NCBI GenBank assembly: GCA_963668675.2 | Contig: CAXXMB010000002.1 | Coordinates: 64,001-128,000 of the forward strand | Source of the DNA: an uncultured Desulfatitalea sp. | GTDB lineage: Bacteria; Desulfobacterota; Desulfobacteria; Desulfobacterales; Desulfosarcinaceae | DNA: 64,000 nt | Direction of reading: 5' to 3' | Shown: piece by piece, positions 35,366 to 49,157 of the stretch | How the letters are laid out: each line of letters opens with the position of its first letter | Position numbering within the stretch: the stretch's first letter is position 1 | Translations under genes and position numbers: made by a program | The notes under the pieces: model-generated | Database searches by the model: none | What the model was told of the DNA's origin: nothing | What the model saw: the letters and a program-made list of their open reading frames with translations, nothing else

Positions 35366-37501
35366 CTACAATCGTTCTCTTCTTCCCACAATCCTGGCGG
35401 AGTTGGCCACCGCCAACAGTGCGGTGCCCATGTCGGCAAAAACCGCCTCCCACATCGTGGCCATACCGATTGCGCCAAAAGCGAGAAAAATCCCCTTAAT
35501 CGCAAATGCAAAAACGATATTTTGCCACACGATACGTCGTGTCAATTTGGCAATGGCGACCGCTTCAGCCATCTTGAGCGGCGAATCGGTCATCAAAACC
35601 ACATCGGCCGCCTCCACAGCAGCATCGCTGCCCATGCCCCCCATGGCCACCCCCACATCTGCCCTGGCGATTACCGGCGCATCGTTGATCCCGTCACCAA
35701 CAAAGGCAATCTTGCCATCGGTACCGAGTGAGCGATGGAGCCGTTCCAGCCAGGCCACCTTCTCCTCTGGGAAAAGCCCGGCATGGTAGCTGTCGAGCTT
35801 CAGTTGCGTTGCAACCGCCTGGGCCACGCATTGATTGTCTCCGGTGAGCATGGCCACATGCTCAATACCGCTCTCTTTCAACTCTTTCACCGCATCTGCG
35901 GCATCCGGCTTCACCTCATCGCCAATGATGATATAGCCGGCATAGATGCCGTCTACGGCGACGTGAGCCGTCGTATCGGCAAATTCACATCGAAGGTGCG
36001 CGATGTCATGATAGTGCAGAAACGTATCGTTGCCGACAAGGACGCTTCTCCCCCGGTAACGTGCGACAACACCTTTACCGGGCGACTCGTTGTGGTCTGA
36101 GACCTCAAGCGCTTCGATTCGCCCACCGACACTGCGGTAAGCGGCAAGAATCGACAGGGCGATGGGATGGTTGGAGTGGCATTCGGCGGCGGCAGCGAAC
36201 TCAAGCAGCTGCGAGCGGGAGAAGCCATTCAGGGGTGCGACCTCCCTCACCTTGAACTCGCCACGGGTCAACGTGCCGGTCTTATCGAATACCACAGTCT
36301 TGACCTTGGCCAATGCATCCAGAAAATTTGCCCCTTTCACCAGGATACCGCGACGCGAGGCCCGCCCGATCCCTCCGAAATAGCCCAGCGGTATACTGAC
36401 GACCAGGGCGCATGGGCACGATATCACCAAAATGACCAGCGCACGGTAGATCCAGGTTTCAAAAGATGCCCCTGCAACCAACGGCGGTATCACCGCTATG
36501 GCTGCCGATAATACCACCACAGCCGGCGTGTAATAGCGGGCAAAGGTGGTGATGAACCGCTCGGTTTTCGCTTTGCGGGCGGTGGCATCCTCGACCAGGG
36601 CCATGACTTTTGCAATCGATGACTGGCCAAAGGGCCGGGTCACCTGCAGCGTCAACGTACCGGTCATACAGATCTGGCCGGCCAATACACCGTCTCCAGG
36701 AGCGACCGACACGGGTACGGCCTCTCCGGTCAGGGCGGAGGTGTCGATCTGGGATCGGCCCTCCGTCACCTCTCCGTCCAGCGGTATTTTCTCACCCGGC
36801 CTGACCACTATCGTTGCGCCGACCTCCACCGCCTCGGGAGCAACCTCACGAAGGCCCATCTCCGTCAGCAGGAGGGCGCGATCGGGGCTGGCGGCCAGCA
36901 AGGCATGGATCGAACGTCGAGACCGGGCGACCGCTCTGGCCTGGAGCATCTCCCCAACTTTATAGAACAGCATGACGCCAATGGCTTCTGCGTAGGCGGC
37001 AATGGCGATCGCCCCTCCGGTGGCAATCACCATCAGCACATTTTCATCGAAGAGAGCGCCTCTTTTAATCGTTCTAAACGCAGCGGCAATGACATTCCAG
37101 CCCACCAGCAGATAGGCCACCATGACAATCGCCAACACCACGGCAAAATTGAACCGACTTTGCAACCATGTCTCAAAAAAGAGGAGTCCCGCAAAAATCA
37201 GCACGGCCGTTACCAGATTGAACAGTTCTCTCCCTACAGGGAAACCCGTTATCTCAAAATCGGATGCGTCTGCCGCCGTGCGAGGGATATAGGGAACCAA
37301 TTCAGCATCCGGCTCAATGCTGTGGACATATGCCATGAGCCTGCTTGAATCTTTCATCTTCACATGAAGCATCTGGTTGGCAAAATCCAGGGAGGCATAC
37401 GCGACGCCATCCAGCTGTTTCAATCCTGCCTCTATTTTTACGGCACAGTTCACGCAATCGATATTTCTGATTTTAAATTTTTCAGTGGTAGCGTCTTCCA
37501 T
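35366..37501 (-). CDS. cadA: Heavy-metal P1B-type ATPase (Zn/Cd/Pb, CadA/ZntA-like)
   Basis: DCVNC HMA domain, CPC, DKTGT, SNHP, GDGIND and FADMG motifs. Confidence 0.9.
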   Translation of the reverse strand: MEDATTEKFKIRNIDCVNCAVKIEAGLKQLDGVAYASLDFANQMLHVKMKDSSRLMAYVHSIEPDAELVPYIPRTAADASDFEITGFPVGRELFNLVTAVLIFAGLLFFETWLQSRFNFAVVLAIVMVAYLLVGWNVIAAAFRTIKRGALFDENVLMVIATGGAIAIAAYAEAIGVMLFYKVGEMLQARAVARSRRSIHALLAASPDRALLLTEMGLREVAPEAVEVGATIVVRPGEKIPLDGEVTEGRSQIDTSALTGEAVPVSVAPGDGVLAGQICMTGTLTLQVTRPFGQSSIAKVMALVEDATARKAKTERFITTFARYYTPAVVVLSAAIAVIPPLVAGASFETWIYRALVILVISCPCALVVSIPLGYFGGIGRASRRGILVKGANFLDALAKVKTVVFDKTGTLTRGEFKVREVAPLNGFSRSQLLEFAAAAECHSNHPIALSILAAYRSVGGRIEALEVSDHNESPGKGVVARYRGRSVLVGNDTFLHYHDIAHLRCEFADTTAHVAVDGIYAGYIIIGDEVKPDAADAVKELKESGIEHVAMLTGDNQCVAQAVATQLKLDSYHAGLFPEEKVAWLERLHRSLGTDGKIAFVGDGINDAPVIARADVGVAMGGMGSDAAVEAADVVLMTDSPLKMAEAVAIAKLTRRIVWQNIVFAFAIKGIFLAFGAIGMATMWEAVFADMGTALLAVANSARIVGRRERL

Positions 37502-37549
37502 TGTAGTTGAACCTCACCAATTGCATCTTGCCGATTGGATTTGAATAGA

Positions 37550-37924
37550 TCACTGCTCGTTCACATGCACCATTCCCAAATCCAATAACTGACGGATGTG
37601 CTCATCATCCAAGGCGTAGTAGACCACCTTGCCCTCTCTGCGTGACCTTACAACTCGGCTCTGTTTCAGATTCCTGAGCTGGTGGGAGACAGCCGACTGC
37701 TTCATGTTCAAGAGGGCGCAAAGATCGCACACGCACATCTCGGATTCGCTGAGCGCCCAGAGGATGCCGATACGCGTCCCGTCTCCGAACAGCTTGAAGA
37801 GATAAGCCAGCTCGTTGAGCTTATCCGAATCGGGAAGTCGCTTTCTCACATCCTCTACGACATCGACATGAATTCCCTTGACCTCACAAAGTTCAGTCAC
37901 AGGGGCATTGTTCGTTGCCAGCAT
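37550..37924 (-). CDS. ArsR/SmtB-family metalloregulator
   Basis: MCVCDL, SAVSHQL and alpha5-type DEH...HVNE; AAGGAGG RBS. Confidence 0.92.
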   Translation of the reverse strand: MLATNNAPVTELCEVKGIHVDVVEDVRKRLPDSDKLNELAYLFKLFGDGTRIGILWALSESEMCVCDLCALLNMKQSAVSHQLRNLKQSRVVRSRREGKVVYYALDDEHIRQLLDLGMVHVNEQ

Positions 37925-37958
37925 AGATTCACCCCTCCTTAGAAAATCTTATTATGAT

Positions 37959-37980
37959 CATATGAACAATTATTCATATG
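37959..37980. promoter_or_regulatory. SmtB/CzrA-type operator
   Basis: CATATGAA-CAATTA-TTCATATG inverted repeat 35 nt upstream of the repressor start. Confidence 0.85.
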
Positions 37981-38024
37981 TAAAGCGTAAAGAAAGGTCA
38001 ACGAAAATATGGACGTGAACTTAT

Positions 38025-38157
38025 AATGCATTCGTGAAAAGTCGTTCACACGTCATGCCGGACTTGATCCGGCATCCAGAAGTTCTTGAAAAGACAGGCT
38101 TCCGACTTTCGTCGGAATGACGGAGTCACTACTTTCGGAACTTTTTACGAATGCATC
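38025..38157. mobile_element. MITE-like element enclosing CGTC-type palindromes
   Basis: Terminal repeats ATGCATTCGTGAAAAGT / ACTTTTTACGAATGCAT (1 mismatch); flanking direct repeat AACTTAT; internal CGTCATGCCGGACTTGATCCGGCATCCA. Confidence 0.75.
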
Positions 38158-38230
38158 AACTTATGAGCAGGGAAAGAGAGCAAATCGGACATGGTGGGGA
38201 TAAAACAAAAGGGATTTCCCTGAATATTAT

Positions 38231-38647
38231 CTACTCGCCTATGATTTTCACAAGCACCCGTTTGCGTCGTCTGCCGTCGAACTCACCGTAGAAAATCTGC
38301 TCCCATGTACCAAAATCTAGCTTCCCGTCGGTGATGGCCACGACGACCTCACGCCCCATGATCTGGCGTTTCATGTGGGCATCCGCATTATCTTCCCCCA
38401 CATTGTGCTGATACTGCGAAACCGGCGCATGGGGAGCAAGGTTCTCCAACCACTGCTCGTAGTCGTTGTGCAGCCCGCTCTCGTCGTCATTGATAAAAAC
38501 ACTGGCCGTGATGTGCATGGCGTTGACCAAAATAAGGCCTTCTTTGATCTCACTCTCCCGCAGGCACTCTTCCACCCGGGGTGTTATATTGATAAAAGCC
38601 CTTCGTGTGGGCACTTCAAACCAGAGCTCTTGACGATAGCTTCTCAT
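38231..38647 (-). CDS. yjbQ: YjbQ/UPF0047 family protein
   Basis: [16 protein letters not shown] and [13 protein letters not shown] motifs. Confidence 0.9.
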   Translation of the reverse strand: MRSYRQELWFEVPTRRAFINITPRVEECLRESEIKEGLILVNAMHITASVFINDDESGLHNDYEQWLENLAPHAPVSQYQHNVGEDNADAHMKRQIMGREVVVAITDGKLDFGTWEQIFYGEFDGRRRKRVLVKIIGE

Positions 38648-38685
38648 ATCATTGACCTCCTGAACGGCTTCCCTGACGTTAGGGT

Positions 38686-40032
38686 TTACTTCATCGCTTT
38701 AATCAATTGATTGGCCCCCACCAGCAGCGGATCCCAAGTCGGGCCGAAGGGTGGCGCATAGGCCAGATCCGTCTCGCTGAACTGATCGACCGTCATACCG
38801 GTGTGCAGCGCCACAGCTGGTGCATTGATCCGGTGTGCAGCGCCTTCCTTACCGACCATCTGGGCGCCCAGCAATCGACCCGAGCGCCGGTCGCCCACCA
38901 TGTGAACCTGGATGGGTGAAGCGCCCGGCATGGAATGCGCTCTGGACGAAGCCTTGATGGTGACGGTGGCAGGGTCGAATCCGGCGCTGGCGGCCTCTTC
39001 CTTGCTCAGCCCGGTACGCGCCACCTCCAGATCGAACACCTTGAACACCGATGTGCCGGCTACCCCCTGGAGCGACACCGGGCGACCGCACAGATGGTCC
39101 GCCACGGCCCATCCGGATCGATTGGCCCGGAGCGCCAGTGGGATCCATACCCGCTCTCCAGTGACGACATGAAAGGCGTCCGCACAATCGCCCGCCGCAT
39201 AAATCCGGCTGTCGGAAGTGAGCATCTGCCGATCCACGGCAATGGATTCGGACGGCCCCAGTTTCAGGCCTGCCGATTCGGCCAGCTCGCTGTTGGAAGC
39301 AACCCCGATGGCCACAACGACGAGGTCGGCTTCAATCGCCTCGCCGGACGGTTCCCAAGCCACCAGACCATCACCACGGCTCTCGATGTGATCGATAGAA
39401 AAACCGGTATGGATTTTCACCTGGTTCGTTTCCAGCTCCTGCCGCACCCGTTCGACGAGATCTTCGGCCAACCAGGGAAGCAGTCGGGGACGCGGCTTGG
39501 CCATCGCCACCTGGACGCCCCTGAGTCGCAACGCCTCGGCCATCTCCATGGCAATGTACCCCATCCCCAGTATCAGCGCCTTTTTAACCGGATGGGAGGC
39601 GATTCTCTCTTTGATCGCCCTGGCGTCGTCCAGGGTCTTCACCACCACCACACCGGGCAGATCGAAACCAGGCCGTTCAGGTACGATCGGATCCGCTCCG
39701 GTTGCGATGAGCAGACGGTCGAACGGTAGCGTAAACGCCTCGCCATCCAAAGTGCTGCCACTCACACACTGCTCACCGATATCGATACGCTCGGCCCGAT
39801 GTCCTGTACGCACATCGATGCCCGCTTTTTGACGAAACACATCCGCTTTTCTAACCACCAGGTCGTCGATCTCCCGCCGGGGATCGGAAATATTGTAGGG
39901 AATCCCTCAGGCGCTGTAGGAGACCGTTCGGCTCCTCTCCAGCACCGTCACTTCCAACGAGGCATCCTGGCGTTTGGCCCGACTGGCCGCACTCATGCCG
40001 GCGGCGTCACCGCCAATAACGACGAATTTCAT
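38686..40032 (-). CDS. NADH oxidase / CoA-disulfide reductase family flavoprotein, predicted selenoprotein (Sec42)
   Basis: [16 protein letters not shown]...VSYSA-TGA-GIPY continues in frame into the 390-aa [19 protein letters not shown] and YAPPF motifs; GGGGAG RBS; 448 aa. Confidence 0.88.
39867..39886 (-). promoter_or_regulatory. Candidate bacterial SECIS hairpin
   Basis: CGATC-CCC-GGC-GGG-A-GATCG stem-loop starting 20 nt after the UGA at 39909-39907. Confidence 0.55.
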
Positions 40033-40092
40033 TCGCTCCCCCTATCAGCGTATTGCATTGCTTTTAGATCCATGATTTGGTGCACGGTTCAG

Positions 40093-44091
<3,999 letters not shown>

Positions 44092-44311
44092 ACGCTATCC
44101 TCCTTTGCTGCCCGCCTGCATGTCGATCCCGCATTATCCAGGACCCCTCTCTATTCCGACGAGGCAACCAGATATTGAAATATGATCGACGATGGTGTAA
44201 CCTTCCTGAGTTCCACCATGACAAACAGCGTTTCATCTCAGAGGCATATCTTCAATGCCGCTGAGAGTATCGACAGAGGTTCTAAACGGTCTGCACGATC
44301 GGCAATCAGAG

Positions 44312-44328
44312 CCGGCGCACACCATGCA
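44312..44328 (+). promoter_or_regulatory. Possible sigma54 -24/-12 promoter
   Basis: CCGGCGCACACCATGCA (GG-N10-GC) about 70 nt upstream of 44400; imperfect match. Confidence 0.3.
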
Positions 44329-44399
44329 AAAAGGCCAGCTTTTGAGGTGATGTTCATACAACAGCCCTATTTTCAACATCCAACGATTCAGGGGGAAAC

Positions 44400-46058
44400 A
44401 TGGCAGTAGCGACTAAAATCATCCAACCGACGCCGTCCGCTTACAATTACCAATTGCTGATCAAGCACCTTTTGACGACACCGCTCATCTATTCGCCGGA
44501 TCAGGAGATCGTCTATCGCGACATCAAACGCTACACCTATGCCGAATTCGGCAAGCGTGTGTCACGTCTGGCCAATGCATTGACCCGCATCGGCGTGAAA
44601 CCCGGTGATACCGTAGCGGTAATGGACTGGGACAGCCATCGCTACCTGGAGTGCTTTTTCGGTGTCCCCATGCTGGGCGCCGTGCTGCACACCATCAACA
44701 TCCGGTTGACACCCGAACAACTCATCTACACGATCAACCATGCCGAAGACGACATCATTCTGGTCAACAAGGAATTCCTGCCCATGCTCGAAGCGGTCAA
44801 AGACCGGTTCGAGACCGTAAAAAAGATTGTCCTGCTCTCCGACGACGGCCCCACAGTCGAAACGAGCCTTAACATCGACGGCGAATACGAAACCCTGCTG
44901 ACCGAAAGTGATGAGAGCTACGACTTCCCCGATTTTGACGAAAACAGCATCGCCACGACCTTTTACACCACCGGTACCACCGGACTGCCCAAAGGGGTCT
45001 ATTTCAGCCATCGCCAGCTCGTGCTGCACACCTACGGCATCCTGTCGACCTATTGTGCCTATAAAAGTCAGGCCAATCTGAACTCGACCGACGTTTACAT
45101 GCCCATTACCCCCATGTTTCATGTGCATGCATGGGGCGTGCCCTATATGGTCACCCTGATGGGCAACAAGCAGGTCTACCCCGGCCGTTACGAGCCGGAC
45201 CTGCTGCTCGAACTGCACGCCAAGGAGAAGGTCACCTTCTCCCATTGCGTACCGACCATCTTGCACATGCTCCTCACCTCACCAGCGGTAAAGGATGTGG
45301 ATTTGAGGGGCTGGAAGGTGATCATCGGCGGTTCGGCCCTGCCAAGAGGATTGGCCAAGGCGGCCATGGAACTTGGCATCAATGTCTATGCCGGATACGG
45401 CATGTCCGAAACCTGCCCCGTGCTCACCGTGGCCAATCTAAAGCCCAAGATGCTGAGCTGGGACATGGAGAAGCAAATCAATGTCCGGGTCCGCACCGGT
45501 CTGCCGGCTCCCGGCACATATGTAGAGATCTTCGATCCCAACGGTGATCCACTGCCCCACGACGGCGTCAGCACCGGAGAGGTGGTGGTGCGCACGCCCT
45601 GGCTGACCCAGGGCTACCTCAAAGACCCGGAGAAGAGTGAGCAGTTGTGGGAGAACGGCTGGCTGCACACCGGCGACATCGGTTACTTCGACGAAGAGGG
45701 ATATCTGCAGGTGACCGACCGCCTCAAGGACGTGATCAAGACCGGTGGCGAGTGGGTCTCCTCCCTGGAACTGGAAGACATCATCAGCCAGCACCCGGCG
45801 GTCAGCGAAGCTGCGGTGATTGGCGTCCCCGACGAGAAGTGGGGGGAGAGCCCCATGGCTCTGGTGGTTCCCAAGCCCGAGTTCGAAGACAAGGTCACAG
45901 AGGAGGAGTTGAAAGAACACTATAAGCGGTTCGTGGATGAGGGTGTCATCCCCAAGTACGGCATCCCCAAGCGCATCCTCATCGTCGACGCCATCGCTAA
46001 AACCAGCGTGGGCAAGCTCAATAAAAAGGAGTTGCGCAAGCAGTTCGGCCAGAGATAG
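44400..46058 (+). CDS. AMP-forming fatty-acid--CoA ligase (AlkK/DmdB-like subfamily)
   Basis: YTTGTTGLPKG, PMFHVHAWG, YGMSET, HTGD and DRLKDVIKTGGEW motifs. Confidence 0.92.
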   Translation: MAVATKIIQPTPSAYNYQLLIKHLLTTPLIYSPDQEIVYRDIKRYTYAEFGKRVSRLANALTRIGVKPGDTVAVMDWDSHRYLECFFGVPMLGAVLHTINIRLTPEQLIYTINHAEDDIILVNKEFLPMLEAVKDRFETVKKIVLLSDDGPTVETSLNIDGEYETLLTESDESYDFPDFDENSIATTFYTTGTTGLPKGVYFSHRQLVLHTYGILSTYCAYKSQANLNSTDVYMPITPMFHVHAWGVPYMVTLMGNKQVYPGRYEPDLLLELHAKEKVTFSHCVPTILHMLLTSPAVKDVDLRGWKVIIGGSALPRGLAKAAMELGINVYAGYGMSETCPVLTVANLKPKMLSWDMEKQINVRVRTGLPAPGTYVEIFDPNGDPLPHDGVSTGEVVVRTPWLTQGYLKDPEKSEQLWENGWLHTGDIGYFDEEGYLQVTDRLKDVIKTGGEWVSSLELEDIISQHPAVSEAAVIGVPDEKWGESPMALVVPKPEFEDKVTEEELKEHYKRFVDEGVIPKYGIPKRILIVDAIAKTSVGKLNKKELRKQFGQR

Positions 46059-46140
46059 GTGGGGAGGCGCCCTGTTCGAATGAGGCTCCCCACCAAGAAG
46101 ATTACGCCTTATTACCAGGCAGTTAGAGAAATTCGACAGC

Positions 46141-46184
46141 CACGTCCACTGCCGTGTCCGAGTTGACACGGCAGACCGGGCGTG
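46141..46184. other. GC-rich hairpin upstream of valS
   Basis: CTGCCGTGTC-CGAGTT-GACACGGCAG perfect 10-bp stem extended by CACGTCC/GGGCGTG. Confidence 0.5.
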
Positions 46185-46276
46185 ACATAACCTCGGATGC
46201 TGAAAAGGAGCGGGGCGCTATCGTCAGATGACGCCCCTTCAACTGGAAACACCCCAATACCAATTGAGCAGACGAG

Positions 46277-48931
46277 ATGAAATCGAACAAAGAGATTAAA
46301 GACGACGACTTACAGCAACTGCCCAAACACTTCGACGCCAATGCCGCCGAGGAGAAGTTCCAGACCCTGTGGAACAAACTGGGCGTTTACCGTTACGACG
46401 CTACCCGTGCGCGTGAAGAGACCTTTATTGTAGACACACCACCTCCCACGGTTTCGGGTTCGCTGCATGTCGGCCATGTCTTCAGTTACACCCATACCGA
46501 TATCATCGCCCGCTACCAACGCATGCTGGGCAAAAACATCTTCTACCCCATGGGGTGGGACGACAACGGCCTGCCCACCGAACGCAGGGTCCAGAACTAC
46601 TTCCATGTGCGTTGCGATCCGGCGGTGGCTTATGAAGAGAATCTCGAGATCCCACAGGCCACTGCCAAGATCCGCAAAAAACCGCCGCGCATCCTTTCGC
46701 GGCCCAACTTTCTCGATCTGTGCGTCCAACTCACTCGTGAAGACGAGCAGGTCTTCAAAAACCTGTGGCAGCGCCTGGGACTCTCCGTGGACTGGAATCA
46801 GGAGTACTCCACTATAGACAAACGCTGTCGCACCTTAGCCCAGCTAAGCTTCCTGGATCTTTTCAACAAAGCGCATGTCTACAGCACCGAGAGCCCGACC
46901 ATGTGGGACGTGGACTTTCAAACAGCCATCGCCCAGGCCGAAGTGGAGGACAGGGAGACGCCGGGAGCCTTCCACGACGTTCGCTTCGGTGTGGCCGACT
47001 CGGAGGAGAGCTTTATCATCTCCACCACCCGACCCGAACTGCTACCGGCTTGCGTGGGGGTGACCTTCCACCCCGATGACGACCGCTATCGGCACCTTGA
47101 AGGGAAAAAAGCGATAACGCCTCTCTTCTTTGCTGAAGTCCCCTGCTTCCCGAGCAAGCTGGTCGATCCGGAAAAGGGAACCGGCATTCTCATGGTGTGC
47201 ACCTTTGGCGACCAGACGGATGTCCAGTGGTGGCGGGAGCACAAACTCGCTCTGCGACAGATTGTTCAGAAGAACGGCAGACTGGGGAACATCACTTTCG
47301 GAGAGCCGGGTTGGGAGAGCCGCAACCCCGAATCCGCCAACCGCTTCTACGCTGAACTGTCCGGCAAAAAAGTAGCCCAGGCCAAAACCGCCATCGTAGA
47401 ACTGCTCAGGGATGAAAACGGCGCGGCCGCAGGTACAGCCACCCCGCTGGTTGGCGATCCCAAACCGATCAAGCATGCGGTACGTTTCTATGAAAAGGGG
47501 GACAAACCCCTGGAGTTCATCTCCACCCGTCAGTGGTTCGTGCGGATTCTGGACAAAAAAGAGCAGCTTATGGCAAAGGGGAACGAAATCAACTGGTTCC
47601 CGGGATTCATGCGCAATCGCTATCTCGATTGGACCCAGAACCTCAACTTCGACTGGTGCATCAGCCGCCAACGCTACTTCGGCGTCTCCTTTCCCGTCTG
47701 GTACCCGCTCGACGAAGAATGCCGCCCGGACTACAGCCAACCGATTGTGGCCGACGAGGCGCAACTGCCTGTCGACCCCTCCGTCTCCTGCCCAGCCGGC
47801 TACACAGAGGAGCAGCGCGATAAACCCAATGGATTTACTGCTGAAAACGATGTTTTCGACACCTGGTTCACCAGTTCGCTCAGCCCCCAGATCGGTTCTC
47901 ACTGGCAGTTGGACAATGAGCGCCACAAGCGCCTCTTTCCAATGGATCTGCGCCCCCAGAGCCACGAGATCATCAGAACCTGGGCGTTTTACACCATCGT
48001 CAAGGCCATGCTGCACGAAGATACGATTCCCTGGAAGAACGTCACCATCTCGGGGTGGGTTCTCGACCCGGATCGCAAAAAAATGTCCAAGAGCAAAGGC
48101 AACGTGGTGGTGCCCACCGAATTGATGGAGAAGTACAGCTCCGACACCCTGCGCTACTGGGCCGGCAGTGCCAGACTGGGCGTGGACACCGCCTGTGATG
48201 AGAAGGTCATCAAAATCGGCAAGCGGCTTGTGACCAAACTCTACAATGCCGCCAAATTTGTCCTCTCCCAGCAAGGTGAAGCGGGAGAGATCACCTGCGA
48301 ACTGGACCGCGCCTTCGTCCAGCGCCTGAAGGAGATGGTCCGCACTGCCAGCGGCCATCTGGAGAAGTTCGACTTCTCAACCGCCCTTTCGGTGATCGAG
48401 AGTTTTTTCTGGAACTCGTTTACCGACACCTATCTCGAATTCAGCAAAAAGCGAGCCTGGGGCGACCAGGGGGCCTACTCTGAAGAGCAGGGCTCAGCAC
48501 TGGCCGCACTGCAAATGGGGCTGGAAGCCGTGACCAAAATGTTTGCCCCCTACATGCCGTATATCTGCGAGGAGGTCTGGTCGTGGCGCTTCGCCGGCAA
48601 AAGAGGCATACCCAGCGTATGCACCGCACCATGGCCCCAAACAGATGATTATGACGGTATAGCACCTCCGGAACACCAGGAGAGTTTCGATGTGGCCACG
48701 GCCATATTTTACGCCGTCAACAAACAGAAGACCGACAACCAGCTCTCCATCGGCCGCCAGCTCGCATCCATCACCGTGCACGCCAATGCCGGGACCATCG
48801 CCATTGCCGAAAAAATCGCCGAAGATATCAAAGCGGCCACGAGATGCGATCAGATGATATGGACGGTGGCCGACCAGCTGGAAGACGGTCAGGTGGAACT
48901 CTCTGATATGGAGGTACTGGACAAAACGTAA
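46277..48931 (+). CDS. valS: Valine--tRNA ligase, type 2 (archaeal/actinobacterial-like)
   Basis: DTPPPTVSGSLHVGH, GWDDNGLPTER, DWCISRQR, RPQSHEIIRTW and KMSKS motifs; no C-terminal coiled-coil arm seen. Confidence 0.92.
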   Translation: MKSNKEIKDDDLQQLPKHFDANAAEEKFQTLWNKLGVYRYDATRAREETFIVDTPPPTVSGSLHVGHVFSYTHTDIIARYQRMLGKNIFYPMGWDDNGLPTERRVQNYFHVRCDPAVAYEENLEIPQATAKIRKKPPRILSRPNFLDLCVQLTREDEQVFKNLWQRLGLSVDWNQEYSTIDKRCRTLAQLSFLDLFNKAHVYSTESPTMWDVDFQTAIAQAEVEDRETPGAFHDVRFGVADSEESFIISTTRPELLPACVGVTFHPDDDRYRHLEGKKAITPLFFAEVPCFPSKLVDPEKGTGILMVCTFGDQTDVQWWREHKLALRQIVQKNGRLGNITFGEPGWESRNPESANRFYAELSGKKVAQAKTAIVELLRDENGAAAGTATPLVGDPKPIKHAVRFYEKGDKPLEFISTRQWFVRILDKKEQLMAKGNEINWFPGFMRNRYLDWTQNLNFDWCISRQRYFGVSFPVWYPLDEECRPDYSQPIVADEAQLPVDPSVSCPAGYTEEQRDKPNGFTAENDVFDTWFTSSLSPQIGSHWQLDNERHKRLFPMDLRPQSHEIIRTWAFYTIVKAMLHEDTIPWKNVTISGWVLDPDRKKMSKSKGNVVVPTELMEKYSSDTLRYWAGSARLGVDTACDEKVIKIGKRLVTKLYNAAKFVLSQQGEAGEITCELDRAFVQRLKEMVRTASGHLEKFDFSTALSVIESFFWNSFTDTYLEFSKKRAWGDQGAYSEEQGSALAALQMGLEAVTKMFAPYMPYICEEVWSWRFAGKRGIPSVCTAPWPQTDDYDGIAPPEHQESFDVATAIFYAVNKQKTDNQLSIGRQLASITVHANAGTIAIAEKIAEDIKAATRCDQMIWTVADQLEDGQVELSDMEVLDKT

Positions 48932-49157
48932 TCAACAGCGATGAGCCCCTCCGTGGCAACGGGCTGTTGATAATATTTGCTCTTCCCGCCGGATCGGATC
49001 TTATTCCCAATCGGCTAAAAAGAGTTTTCGACGAAGTACACCCGCCGCATCTTTCAGATGATTTGGCCCGATGGTTCAGATGGACGATTCAGACGGGGAG
49101 AGGCGTACTGTTCTGCAGTGAATGCACATTGGATGATACTGGAGCGAAGGAGGTTCG

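Noticed and set aside
38686..40032. Calling the flavoprotein a nonsense pseudogene or a 390-aa protein
   Set aside because: The single stop is TGA exactly at the catalytic Cys column with all other motifs intact; Sec recoding explains it better.
39799..40092. N-terminal extension of hrpA in the ORF track
   Set aside because: It overlaps the real 5' end of the opposite-strand flavoprotein gene and has no HrpA-like sequence.
46100..46276. T-box riboswitch before valS
   Set aside because: No GGTGG.ACC.CG T-box sequence or terminator/antiterminator pair found.
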